Assembly (NCBI GenBank): GCA_018304465.1
Contig: JAGVWC010000010.1
Coordinates: 64,001 to 128,000 of the forward strand
Source of the DNA: Candidatus Iainarchaeum sp.
GTDB lineage: Archaea; Iainarchaeota; Iainarchaeia; Iainarchaeales; JAGVWC01
DNA: 64,000 bases
Reading direction: 5' to 3'
Numbering within the stretch: position 1 is the first letter of the stretch; every line of letters starts with the position of its first letter. The notes under the pieces are model-generated. The model was given only the letters and a program-made list of their open reading frames with translations. It made no database searches and was not told where the DNA came from. Positions 29,457 to 37,590 of the stretch are shown piece by piece. Position numbers and translations under genes: made by a program.

Positions 29457-29953
29457 TTTTTCCCATCCTTTCTTTTGAATAGCAAATAAATGTTGAGCGC
29501 AATTGACGCCACCAGCAGCAACCAAAAAACAAGGTTATCCAAATAAAACGGGTTTTGCCAATAGCCTCCCAGCCCTGTTGCCCATTGCATCATCCAAGGC
29601 CCCATCATTCCCGGCCCCGTTGAGCCTATGCTTGAGCCATTGAAGCAGTGCAAATAGCTCTTGCCCATAGAAATATGCACGGCTTGCAAGGATTCAGACC
29701 CCTCGCCACCAAGCATAGCATCCATTGTTTCATGCGCCGCACCTGGATGCATTTGCTCCATTAAAGAATCTCCCAATTCTTCAAACTGAAGGTCGCTTAC
29801 CTTGCCGCAATTGATTTGACTGGCATTTGATATTCCTTGCGTGGACATTATTTCCGAGAAAACGGTTTCAACGCTTGGAATGCTTTCCGCGGCAAAAACG
29901 CCTAAAGAAAACAACAACAAAAACAACAAATTGGCAGCAGCCAACTTTTTCAT
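29453..29953 (-). CDS. Secreted/membrane protein with Met/His-rich segments
   Basis: Signal peptide, E.LGD..ME.MHPG..HE.MD.M.GGEGS, GMMG, C-terminal TM. Confidence 0.7.
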   Translation of the reverse strand: MKKLAAANLLFLLLFSLGVFAAESIPSVETVFSEIMSTQGISNASQINCGKVSDLQFEELGDSLMEQMHPGAAHETMDAMLGGEGSESLQAVHISMGKSYLHCFNGSSIGSTGPGMMGPWMMQWATGLGGYWQNPFYLDNLVFWLLLVASIALNIYLLFKRKDGKK

Positions 29954-30273
29954 TTTACCACCCCGCGAACCATTTTCTGCCTGCTTTGAATCTGTTCAAG
30001 CAAAACCTCGCGAATCAGGTTGCACGCCTTCACCATTTTGGGAAAAGCGATTTTGTAATAAACCGCAGTGCCGTCTTTCCTGCTTGCAATAACCTCTTTC
30101 AGTCTCAGGATGGCGAGATGCTGCGAAAGATTCGCCTGCCTCAGGCCAGTTTGTTTGGCAAGCTCGGAAACAGATTTCTCGCCCTCGCCAAGCAAATAAA
30201 GGATTTTCAAGCGTTTTTTATCCGCCAGCGTCTTGCACAACTCTGCATGCATGCCAAATAAATCGTCATTCAT
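29950..30273 (-). CDS. ArsR/SmtB family transcriptional regulator
   Basis: KTLA..KRL.IL.LL..GEKSV.EL....Q.NLSQHLA.LR....V.Y. Confidence 0.92.
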   Translation of the reverse strand: MNDDLFGMHAELCKTLADKKRLKILYLLGEGEKSVSELAKQTGLRQANLSQHLAILRLKEVIASRKDGTAVYYKIAFPKMVKACNLIREVLLEQIQSRQKMVRGVVK

Positions 30274-30322
30274 ATATTCAAATATACGAATACAACAATA
30301 TTTAAAACATAATGTGTGCGGA

Positions 30323-30334
30323 TCAGTTCGCCCA
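30323..30334 (-). repeat. 3' fragment of the C/D RNA (TGGGCGAACTGA)
   Basis: 12 bp identical to 25915-25926, located between ArsR and SBP modules. Confidence 0.55.
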
Positions 30335-30398
30335 ACTGCTCCGAAAGACGAAGAATTATTTACATTTCTTAAGTTCTTGAGAATGCGCTTTTGGGCAG

Positions 30399-31478
30399 TT
30401 AAGGAAAATTTACTGGTGTACGATATCCTGCCGTGACAAAGACAAGTTCTATTTGTGCCTCACCGTATTGGTTAAACACAATTGGCCCGGCAACTCCATT
30501 TATTTTCAGTTCCTGAACAGTGCCCTTTGTTATCTGCTTTTTGACAAGTGCATCCAAAACTAACATAAGATCATAGCCATAATGCGCAACAAAATCCGGC
30601 TCCGAGCCGTATTGGCTTTTGAAAGCAGCCCTAAATTGCTCCGCTTTTCCAGATTCAACTAATGCAGATGGAACCAACGAATAAACTTCTCCAAGCAGCC
30701 CCTTGGCGTTTTCCTGGACAAAGTTGCTTTGAATATCTTCTGTGGAAACCACCGGAATATTTTCCATTCCCAATTCTGACCTTTGCTTTAAAAAATTCAA
30801 AGCATGCGGAGGATAACCCAGAAAAAAGATTGCGTCCGGGTTTGTGGCTTTTATTTTGCTAAGTGTTGTTCTAAAATCAGTTTGTGATAACTGGTAATTT
30901 TCTTGAATAAGAATCTCTCCCCTGAATTCATCTTTAAACTTTTTTTGCATTGCCTGACCAAACTCATCCTGAATTATCAGAAGCGCAACTTTTTGATATT
31001 GTTTTTTATCCAAAAAATTAACAATTTTGGAAATCTGGTCACTTGGAAGCGGATACATCAGGAAGGCATATTCGCTCTTTCGCGTGTATTCAGATGGATC
31101 CAAGGAAGTCAAAGCTGCAAATACCGGAATGCTGTGCTGTTCCGCAATCGGAAGAATCGGGGAAACATGAAGCGCCTGGATTGTCAATATGACACCGGCT
31201 TGATTTGAGTCAATAAGATTGTTCAATGCAGTAACAGCTTCTTTTGGGTCTGTTTTTGTGTCTTCAATATGCAAAGCCAAATCTGAATTGTTTAAATCTT
31301 TCTGGGCAAGTTCCATTCCTCGAAAAAAATCCTGCCCAAGCGAAGCAGCGGGTCCAGTCTGTGGAATCAAGACAGCAATATTTAATTTTTCCTGCGAATC
31401 AGGTTCATTATTTTGGACACATCCGCTAAAAGCAACTATTGCCACAGTCAATACAAGCAGTAGAAAACCTGTTTTCAT
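30399..31478 (-). CDS. ABC transporter substrate-binding lipoprotein (LivJ-like), stand-alone
   Basis: Lipobox FSGC, IAVL.P.TG..A.LG, EDT..DPK.A, DFRT.L.KIK..NPD, YGYD. Confidence 0.88.
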   Translation of the reverse strand: MKTGFLLLVLTVAIVAFSGCVQNNEPDSQEKLNIAVLIPQTGPAASLGQDFFRGMELAQKDLNNSDLALHIEDTKTDPKEAVTALNNLIDSNQAGVILTIQALHVSPILPIAEQHSIPVFAALTSLDPSEYTRKSEYAFLMYPLPSDQISKIVNFLDKKQYQKVALLIIQDEFGQAMQKKFKDEFRGEILIQENYQLSQTDFRTTLSKIKATNPDAIFFLGYPPHALNFLKQRSELGMENIPVVSTEDIQSNFVQENAKGLLGEVYSLVPSALVESGKAEQFRAAFKSQYGSEPDFVAHYGYDLMLVLDALVKKQITKGTVQELKINGVAGPIVFNQYGEAQIELVFVTAGYRTPVNFP

Positions 31479-31511
31479 GCATTTACAATATTATTTTTTA
31501 AATTTAAAAAT

Positions 31512-31641
31512 CCCTCGGTGCGCCCAGCTTTCGTCATCGCCGTCACGTCCGGCGCGTACGGGCACTAGCGCACTACGTTCGATAGGGCTGCTTGCTGCGC
31601 CTTTAGACCGACTCAGAGTCATCCTCAGTTCATCATCGGCC
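31512..31641 (-). ncRNA. Second box C/D-like RNA copy with long structured insert
   Basis: GGCCG-ATGATGA-ACTGAGGATGACT-CTGA-about 75 nt-ATGACGA-AAGCTGGGCGCA-CCGA; TTTAAA about 33 nt upstream. Confidence 0.55.
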
Positions 31642-31694
31642 AGTAGTCTATAGGTAATACAAAAGGAATTTAAAGAAACAAACAGAAAATGGGT

Positions 31695-32639
31695 TCATGC
31701 TATTTCGGCGGGTACTCTTTTGGGAACGCCAGATGGGCGAATTCTTTCTCGTGTTTCGATGGATGCAAGCAGAGAGTCCAGTGCTTGTTGTCCTTGGGCC
31801 GTTTTTCCTTTGAAGAACTTGTGATATGCGTGTCTGGCAAAAAAGTAGGTGTCCCAAAACTCTTTGTTTCGTAAAAAAGACTGAACTATTTCTCTGTCGG
31901 GATATGCCCGCAAAAAGTAGTATGGGTTTTGGGTGAATCGAATGAATTTTCCCAAATCCATTTCCGCAATTCCCAATTTTATTGTAAGGTCGTCAATCAT
32001 GATTATTCTTCCGTTGGGAGTTCGAACGATATTTTGGGGGGCAAAATCGTCATGAATATAACGAATGTTAAACTGTCGGGGGAATGCAGCTGAAAATCTT
32101 CCCCTTATCGCTCTGCCTTGCTTGGCTGAAAGTATCTTTTTTTGTTCGAGGAAAGAAATATATGCGTTAAATTCTTTTCGGAGGCTCCGGCGCATAAGAA
32201 GGTTTTGAAATATTTTTTTCTGTGGTGAAACCCCGTGGAGGGAATGAAGGGCTTTGCTGATTTTTCGGGTATCCGCAATTGTTTCTGATTCTCGAAGGTC
32301 GTTTCCGGGCGTGAATTCGGAAAAAACAACGTTCTTGTACCTCCCAATGACCGGTCTCACTGCCGCCCCCTGTGATTGCATCTGGTCGTGCAATCGTACC
32401 CGTTGGCGAGGGCTTGCTTCTCGTCCGTAGCGATTTTGAAGCAAACGTGCACTAATCCTTCTGCCATCTGGAAATTGCAGGACAAAAACGTGCCCTTTTG
32501 GAGAAAGCGGTTCAACAGAAACGGGCCGTTCTCCAAGGCTAATTTGTGCGATGTCCGAAAAGAAAGTGAGAGGACTCGTTATATCGCTTTTTTTGAATGC
32601 ACGCTTCAGTGCATATTGAAGTCGTTTTCCCGCTTTCAT
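31695..32639 (-). CDS. Aminoglycoside phosphotransferase/kinase-like protein with basic N-terminus
   Basis: L..LH, YIHDDFAPQNI, IMIDD, EMDLG. Confidence 0.75.
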   Translation of the reverse strand: MKAGKRLQYALKRAFKKSDITSPLTFFSDIAQISLGERPVSVEPLSPKGHVFVLQFPDGRRISARLLQNRYGREASPRQRVRLHDQMQSQGAAVRPVIGRYKNVVFSEFTPGNDLRESETIADTRKISKALHSLHGVSPQKKIFQNLLMRRSLRKEFNAYISFLEQKKILSAKQGRAIRGRFSAAFPRQFNIRYIHDDFAPQNIVRTPNGRIIMIDDLTIKLGIAEMDLGKFIRFTQNPYYFLRAYPDREIVQSFLRNKEFWDTYFFARHAYHKFFKGKTAQGQQALDSLLASIETRERIRPSGVPKRVPAEIA

Positions 32640-32706
32640 GCTCACAACTAGACATACTTTTATGAATAAAATCTTTTCTTTGCGGAAACGGCGGTCCAAT
32701 CGGCAT

Positions 32707-32750
32707 ATTATCTAGACGTGTTCTGGTTAATCGTCAGTTCATCATCGGCC
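32707..32750 (-). repeat. Island repeat copy (core plus TTANC-N13-GATAA arm)
   Basis: GGCCGATGATGAACTGACGATTAACCAGAACACGTCTAGATAAT. Confidence 0.85.
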
Positions 32751-32789
32751 GTTCAATGTTGTATGCAAAGGAATTTTAACAACTATTTT

Positions 32790-33014
32790 TCATTCAAGCA
32801 GCCTAAAGAATTCGTCTTTGTTCATACGCAAGTCTTCTTTAATGATTTTGGTCAGCAAATGGGGGCCGATGGGTTCGTTTCCATGCACAGGAACTGACGT
32901 CTTGCGTCCATCCGGATGCTCGAACCGATAATGGCTTCCACGTGAACGCGTTTCGACAAAACCAAGTTTTTTGAGTGCACGAAACAAATCGCGTGGCGAC
33001 AAGGTTTGGGTCAA
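32790..33014 (-). CDS. hicA: HicA toxin
   Basis: L.KLGF...R.RGSH....HPDGR.T.VP.H. Confidence 0.9.
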   Translation of the reverse strand: MTQTLSPRDLFRALKKLGFVETRSRGSHYRFEHPDGRKTSVPVHGNEPIGPHLLTKIIKEDLRMNKDEFFRLLE

Positions 33015-33017
33015 AAA

Positions 33018-33227
33018 TTACACCCGAACGATCTGGATTCCCACAAAATCAGTTTTAACATCGACAGGCGCGTCTTCAAGGCACAACAAGATGACTTCCT
33101 TGACGCGTTCAATAAGCGCATCCATGGTTTTGGCTTGGGTATGGCAACCCTGTAATTCAGGAACATCGGCTACGAGCCAACCCGCTTCATCCTGCTCGAT
33201 AATGACTTTAAATTCCCTCGACATCAT
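33018..33227 (-). CDS. hicB: HicB antitoxin
   Basis: F.VIIEQDE.G..VA.VPEL.GCHTQAKT...L..R.KE.I.LCLE. Confidence 0.9.
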   Translation of the reverse strand: MMSREFKVIIEQDEAGWLVADVPELQGCHTQAKTMDALIERVKEVILLCLEDAPVDVKTDFVGIQIVRV

Positions 33228-33451
33228 TTCACATTAAAAATAACCCCAAAACAATATAAAAACGGCTCTTTTTCGGCAAACAACGACTATGAATATTTGC
33301 CCAGATTAAAAGAAAAAAGTATTACAGAGAATCACCGGTGTTCTCGGACTATTTCGACCACTGAATTAGTCAAACAAAGAAAACCCAATGATTCTTTTAT
33401 GAATAATAGGAATCTCCATTGCATATGCCGGCATTTAACTTGCCGGTCGCT

Positions 33452-33586
33452 TTAAATCTTGTCAGGAGCATTTTGGAGCGATTTCGCACACTTTTCTTTC
33501 CAGTATACGCGTTCTTCCAGAATCCACTGTTTTTCTTTTTCCAGTTCCGCCAAATCAATCTTCAAAAGCTTCAACCCTTCTTGCAT
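33452..33586 (-). CDS. Short hypothetical ORF or gene remnant (44 aa)
   Basis: MQEGLKLLKIDLAELEKEKQWILEERVYW...; below ORF-track cutoff. Confidence 0.35.
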   Translation of the reverse strand: MQEGLKLLKIDLAELEKEKQWILEERVYWKEKCAKSLQNAPDKI

Positions 33587-33718
33587 AACAGCACTCTGCA
33601 TCAACAATATCTACAAACGAAGTTTAACCTTTGTGTGATTACAAAAGAAATGGAGCGGATGAGCAAACGAATCTAACACCCCATCGTTTACCCAATTATG
33701 GTAAAAAAGAAAATAAGA

Positions 33719-34396
33719 TTATTTTTTTCGTAGATGAAAAAATTTACAGATCAGTTGGTTACCGACCCCCATACCTAAGAACGCCCCCTTGAGCACTTCA
33801 AATCCCAGTTCTTCTAGCCTCTTTTTTTGTTGGTTAAGAAGATCGAAATCCGATCCTCGCAGACCGTACAAGTTACCCACTTCTTGATTGACCAACAATT
33901 CGCCTCCCGACAGGAGAATTCGATGCGCTTCTTTGACAGAAGATTCAAAATCACTGTGTGTCAATCCAAAGTACGAGTAAATCAAATCGAAATGATTGGC
34001 TGGAAAACGGGTTTTTTCCGCATGAGCGACGCGAAAGGCGACCGTCCGGTATTTTTTCCAAGAATCCAATCGCTTCAAACTCAATCCATGCGCCTTAATA
34101 TTCGGAAAATCTGCGGCCAGTTGGGAAATCGCTTCTCCGTCCAAACAACCGAGATCCAAGACGCGAATTTGGCGTGTTCCCGCGCACATTTGAAGGTTTT
34201 GAACTATTGAGGAAAACTTTGCTCGAAAATCCGATTCGATAGCCCGAAGCGGGGTTCTTCTGACACTCCACAAATCAGACGGCGAACCACCATAACGAAG
34301 CGATTGCCAATCTTTCTTCCGGTCTTGGCGAAGTCGTTTCCCCAATCGTCGCCGCTTTAAAGCGTCTTCAGGACTACGTGGCTTTCGGAAATTCAT
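33719..34396 (-). CDS. Class I SAM-dependent methyltransferase with basic N-terminus
   Basis: VLDLGC.DG, FP.N.FDLIYS, E..RIL..GG. Confidence 0.82.
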   Translation of the reverse strand: MNFRKPRSPEDALKRRRLGKRLRQDRKKDWQSLRYGGSPSDLWSVRRTPLRAIESDFRAKFSSIVQNLQMCAGTRQIRVLDLGCLDGEAISQLAADFPNIKAHGLSLKRLDSWKKYRTVAFRVAHAEKTRFPANHFDLIYSYFGLTHSDFESSVKEAHRILLSGGELLVNQEVGNLYGLRGSDFDLLNQQKKRLEELGFEVLKGAFLGMGVGNQLICKFFHLRKK

Positions 34397-34467
34397 GCAG
34401 AAAAAAGAAGACAAGAGAAATTATAAAACCAGAAGAGTACTGGATGAGCACAGAACCGAATTTTATG

Positions 34468-34510
34468 TTATCAAGAGTAGTTCTCGATAATAGTCAGTTC
34501 GTCATCGGCC
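34468..34510 (-). repeat. Island repeat copy at right border (core plus near-palindromic arm)
   Basis: GGCCGATGACGAACTGACTATTATCGAGAACTACTCTTGATAA. Confidence 0.85.
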
Positions 34511-34536
34511 ACAACCAAAGTTATCGGAAAAAAAAA

Positions 34537-34935
34537 TTACTGCGATCCGGCCGGAAAATCAATCCGCAATTCCTGGGCGATGTTTTGAAATCCCATTCCC
34601 TTGTACCAAGCATGCGCGCGGGTTTCGGGATGCTTACTCGTGCAAATCAGTTTGTAACACCCGTGTTCGGCCGCGCCTTCGATGACCCTTTTTACGATGG
34701 CGGTTCCATACCCTTTTCCGCGAAAGTCGTCATGGACAAACACGTCTTCCATGAAACCCCACGGTTCGGAATGCAAATCGTTTTTGAGCACGTACAGATA
34801 CGCGCGCGCGATTTCGATTCCATCCGAAGCGATCACGTACTTGATTCCTTTGGCCGGAGCCGCATAGTCGGTGATTTCAACGGACACATTTTCCAGGGTA
34901 TATAATTTAGTTATAATATTTATATTTGTTTTCAT
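34537..34935 (-). CDS. GNAT family N-acetyltransferase
   Basis: MEDVFV....RGKGYG..IV, GCYKLI, WY..MGF. Confidence 0.88.
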   Translation of the reverse strand: MKTNINIITKLYTLENVSVEITDYAAPAKGIKYVIASDGIEIARAYLYVLKNDLHSEPWGFMEDVFVHDDFRGKGYGTAIVKRVIEGAAEHGCYKLICTSKHPETRAHAWYKGMGFQNIAQELRIDFPAGSQ

Positions 34936-36023
34936 TTCCACTTTAAACGCTGGCGAAAACGCGAAAACGAACCCGATTCGATCTCTTCGCGGATACGTGT
35001 CATCAAGTGCTGGATGAAAAAAAGATTGTGAAACGACAAGTACTTCATGCCGTTTTCCTCCCCCGTCCGAAACAAATGATGCACATACGCGCGCGAATGC
35101 GATTCGCACACAAAACACGCGCACTCGGAATCAATCGGCGACAAATCAAACCGATGCGACCTGTTCGCCAAATTAATCCGGCCTTTACGGGTAAACGCCA
35201 AGCCATGCCGGCCGGTTTGCGTCGGAAACGCGGAATCAAAACAATCCACTCCCAGCGAAACCGCCATGACCAATTGCTCCGGCGTGCCAACTCCCATCAA
35301 ATACCGCATTTTTTCCGGATCCATCTCTTTCGTGTCGATCGGAACCATTTTTTCCACCCAATGACTCGGCTCGCCGATCGCAAGCCCCCCCAAGGCCAAA
35401 CCGTCAAACGGAAGCGAATTCATCAATTCCGCGGATTTCTTTCTGAGTTTCGCGTTTGTTCCGCCTTGCGCGATTCCAAACAACAACTGCCGCTTGTTTT
35501 CATGCGCATCCAAACACCGTTTTCCCCATTCAAACGTCCGGTGCATGGATTCGGTCAACCGCGCGATCGATGAACCCGGAAGCGGCATGTCATCCAAACA
35601 CATCGCCACATCGCTTTTCAACCGGTTCTGAATCACCATGGCTTTTTCCGGCGTTAACACATCCAATGCCTGATCAAACGGATTTCGAAACGTCACGCCG
35701 CGATCATCGATCTTTTGAAAAAACTCGGGGCGAATCACCTGAAAACCCCCGGAATCCGTGAAAATTCCGCGATCCCAGCCCACGAACTTGTGCAATCCCC
35801 CCGCTTTTTTCACCACGTCTAAACCCGGGCGCAAAGAAAACACGTAACTATTCGAAATAAACGCTTCGATTCCAATGGATCGCAATTCTTCCATCGAAAC
35901 CAGTTTCACGGAACCCTTGGTCGCCACCGGCATGAAAAAAGGCGTTTTGATTTTGCCATGCGCCGTGGTTAACGTTCCCACGCGGGCGTCTTTGTCCGAC
36001 ACGCCCAGCGAAAACGCGTTCAT
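34932..36023 (-). CDS. tgt: tRNA-guanine transglycosylase, queuosine (G34) type
   Basis: TPFFMPVAT.G.VK, TDSGGFQV, FGIAQGG, GGLAIGE, RYLMGVG, GVDCFDS, CxCxxC...H zinc site. Confidence 0.93.
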   Translation of the reverse strand: MNAFSLGVSDKDARVGTLTTAHGKIKTPFFMPVATKGSVKLVSMEELRSIGIEAFISNSYVFSLRPGLDVVKKAGGLHKFVGWDRGIFTDSGGFQVIRPEFFQKIDDRGVTFRNPFDQALDVLTPEKAMVIQNRLKSDVAMCLDDMPLPGSSIARLTESMHRTFEWGKRCLDAHENKRQLLFGIAQGGTNAKLRKKSAELMNSLPFDGLALGGLAIGEPSHWVEKMVPIDTKEMDPEKMRYLMGVGTPEQLVMAVSLGVDCFDSAFPTQTGRHGLAFTRKGRINLANRSHRFDLSPIDSECACFVCESHSRAYVHHLFRTGEENGMKYLSFHNLFFIQHLMTRIREEIESGSFSRFRQRLKWK

Positions 36024-36538
36024 TTAAGCGACCCCAAAAACCGCTTTAAACTACTCAACCACACCCGGCCATAATGATCCGGCAACAAATACCGCTGGCC
36101 AACCAACTGCCCGACTTTTTTCTCGGAAATTCCCAACGCCAAACCCACGGCTTTTCGGCTCAACACCGCAGACGCGGCTTTCGGAACCGCGGACGCGACA
36201 TTTTCCCGCGCTTGTGCGATCGAAACCCGCGGATTCAAATCCGAAAAAAAAACCAATTTTCGAACTGGGGCCTTCAGCGTGCCTTTTCGCAGAAAACTAA
36301 CAAACTCGTTTGCAACGGAAGACGGAACCAATAACCGGTGGTTTGTTCCCCTTTTTTCCGAATATGAACCCAAAACGGTTCTTGGAAGACGCGGGTTCTG
36401 CATTTTTTTCCGGATAAACGCTTCGATATGCGCGGCACGCACGCGAAAATTGATTTTTTGAGCCGCTTGCAGGATCTGTGGAAGCGAGCGAAAACCCGCA
36501 GGCGTTTTTCGCGGCCCCTTCAATTCGAAAGCCTCCAA
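36020..36538 (-). CDS. Basic orphan protein, possible C-terminal HTH
   Basis: Coupled between alaX and tgt; LSRK.V..ALGISEKKV.QLV. Confidence 0.55.
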   Translation of the reverse strand: MEAFELKGPRKTPAGFRSLPQILQAAQKINFRVRAAHIEAFIRKKMQNPRLPRTVLGSYSEKRGTNHRLLVPSSVANEFVSFLRKGTLKAPVRKLVFFSDLNPRVSIAQARENVASAVPKAASAVLSRKAVGLALGISEKKVGQLVGQRYLLPDHYGRVWLSSLKRFLGSLK

Positions 36539-37230
36539 TAAATTCGCCGGTTCTCCGCGCCTTTGTTCTTCAAATCAAAAATCTCGATTCCGCCCACTTC
36601 CTTGGTGAAGGCGACATGGGTTCCGCCATCCGCTTGAACATCCACGTCGCCGATCGAAACGATCCGAAGCACCGGCAGATTCTTCGGCAACACGTCTTTT
36701 AAGCGAAACAATTCCGGACGCTTGACTGCATCCTCGAATTTTTCAAACGAAGTCGAAACCGCCAGATTCCGCGCGATCAAATCGTTTGTTTTTTGCTCAA
36801 AATCCTTTAATCGCTCGCGCCCCACGTCTTGCGACGAAAAATCCATCCGACACTGATCCAAATCCAGCTGATTCCCCGTAATCAACGCACCGGTTTCGGA
36901 AAACAACACATGGGCCAGCAAATGCGCCGAGGTATGCGAACGCATCAAGCGATGACGACGATCCCAATCAATCGTTCCTTTCACGTAATCGCCGATCCTT
37001 AAACCCGGTTTATCGACCACGTGAACGATTTCCGCGCCGTTGCGCCGACACCCCGACACAAAAAACGACTCGTTTTCTCGCGTTAAAACGCCCGTATCCG
37101 ACGGTTGTCCACCGCCTTGCGGATAAAACACGGTTTGATCCAACACCACGGATTTTTCATCGATCAAACCCGTCACCATCGCGTCGCATTGACGCAAATA
37201 ATGGTCTTTTAGAAACAATTCCACTGTCAA
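36520..37230 (-). CDS. alaX: Alanyl-tRNA editing protein (AlaX-M type)
   Basis: LDQTVFYPQGGGQPSDTG, MR.HT.AHLL, GNQL.....RMDF, DGGTHV..T.E.G. Confidence 0.92.
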   Translation of the reverse strand: MTVELFLKDHYLRQCDAMVTGLIDEKSVVLDQTVFYPQGGGQPSDTGVLTRENESFFVSGCRRNGAEIVHVVDKPGLRIGDYVKGTIDWDRRHRLMRSHTSAHLLAHVLFSETGALITGNQLDLDQCRMDFSSQDVGRERLKDFEQKTNDLIARNLAVSTSFEKFEDAVKRPELFRLKDVLPKNLPVLRIVSIGDVDVQADGGTHVAFTKEVGGIEIFDLKNKGAENRRIYWRLSN

Positions 37231-37394
37231 ACCAGATTCCTCACTTCAAAAAACAAAGCAGAGTTTTTTTAAAAAACCCCTCGTATTAGCGATTTTAAGC
37301 CATTTTTAAGGGTTTTTTGGATTTGCCTTTATAAAGTTTATTGCGTTTTATAGTAAATGCTTCAATAACCGGCTTATAACGCCGAAACGAGGCA

Positions 37395-37424
37395 GAGGAA
37401 AAAAGGAGGAAGTTCGATGGCAGA
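37395..37424 (+). repeat. 30-bp direct repeat, copy 1 (RBS and start of histone gene)
   Basis: GAGGAAAAAAGGAGGAAGTTCGATGGCAGA. Confidence 0.9.
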
Positions 37425-37590
37425 TTTGGTAGTCAAATCAAAAGTCGCAGAAGTAATCCGAGGAAACGGAATGAACATGGCAGGAGACACGGTTGCTGCG
37501 CTCGACGGCGTTGTCGCGGACCTGTTGGCCAAAGCCGTTCAACGCGCCAAAGACAATGGACGCAAAACCGTTCGCCCAAGCGACTTGTAA
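37417..37590 (+). CDS. Short histone-fold protein (truncated alpha3, DUF1931/face-to-face type), 57 aa
   Basis: MADLVVKSKVAEVIRGNGMNMAGDTVAALDGVVADLLAKAVQRAKDNGRKTVRPSDL; GGAGG RBS; missed by ORF track. Confidence 0.88.
   Translation: MADLVVKSKVAEVIRGNGMNMAGDTVAALDGVVADLLAKAVQRAKDNGRKTVRPSDL

Larger units (their letters stand above)
25911..34510. mobile_element. Variable island of gene modules delimited by direct repeats
   Basis: Unrelated accessory genes of mixed composition separated by copies of GGCCGATGAYGAACTGA (minus strand). Confidence 0.65.

Noticed and set aside
31525-31545. Hammerhead ribozyme core (GATGA..GAAA)
   Set aside because: CUGANGA core and required stems are not present; better explained as a C' box
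33325-33365. Possible further island repeat between HicB and the MTase module (CGAGAACAC match)
   Set aside because: Only a short match to the arm and none to the core; could be chance
25911-34510. Repeats as a CRISPR array or canonical integron attC sites
   Set aside because: Spacing is kilobases and irregular, no cas or intI gene in the window, and no RYYYAAC...GTTRRRY hairpin architecture
36610-36640. AlaX has DGGTH instead of CGGTH
   Set aside because: This variant is common among AlaX-M proteins
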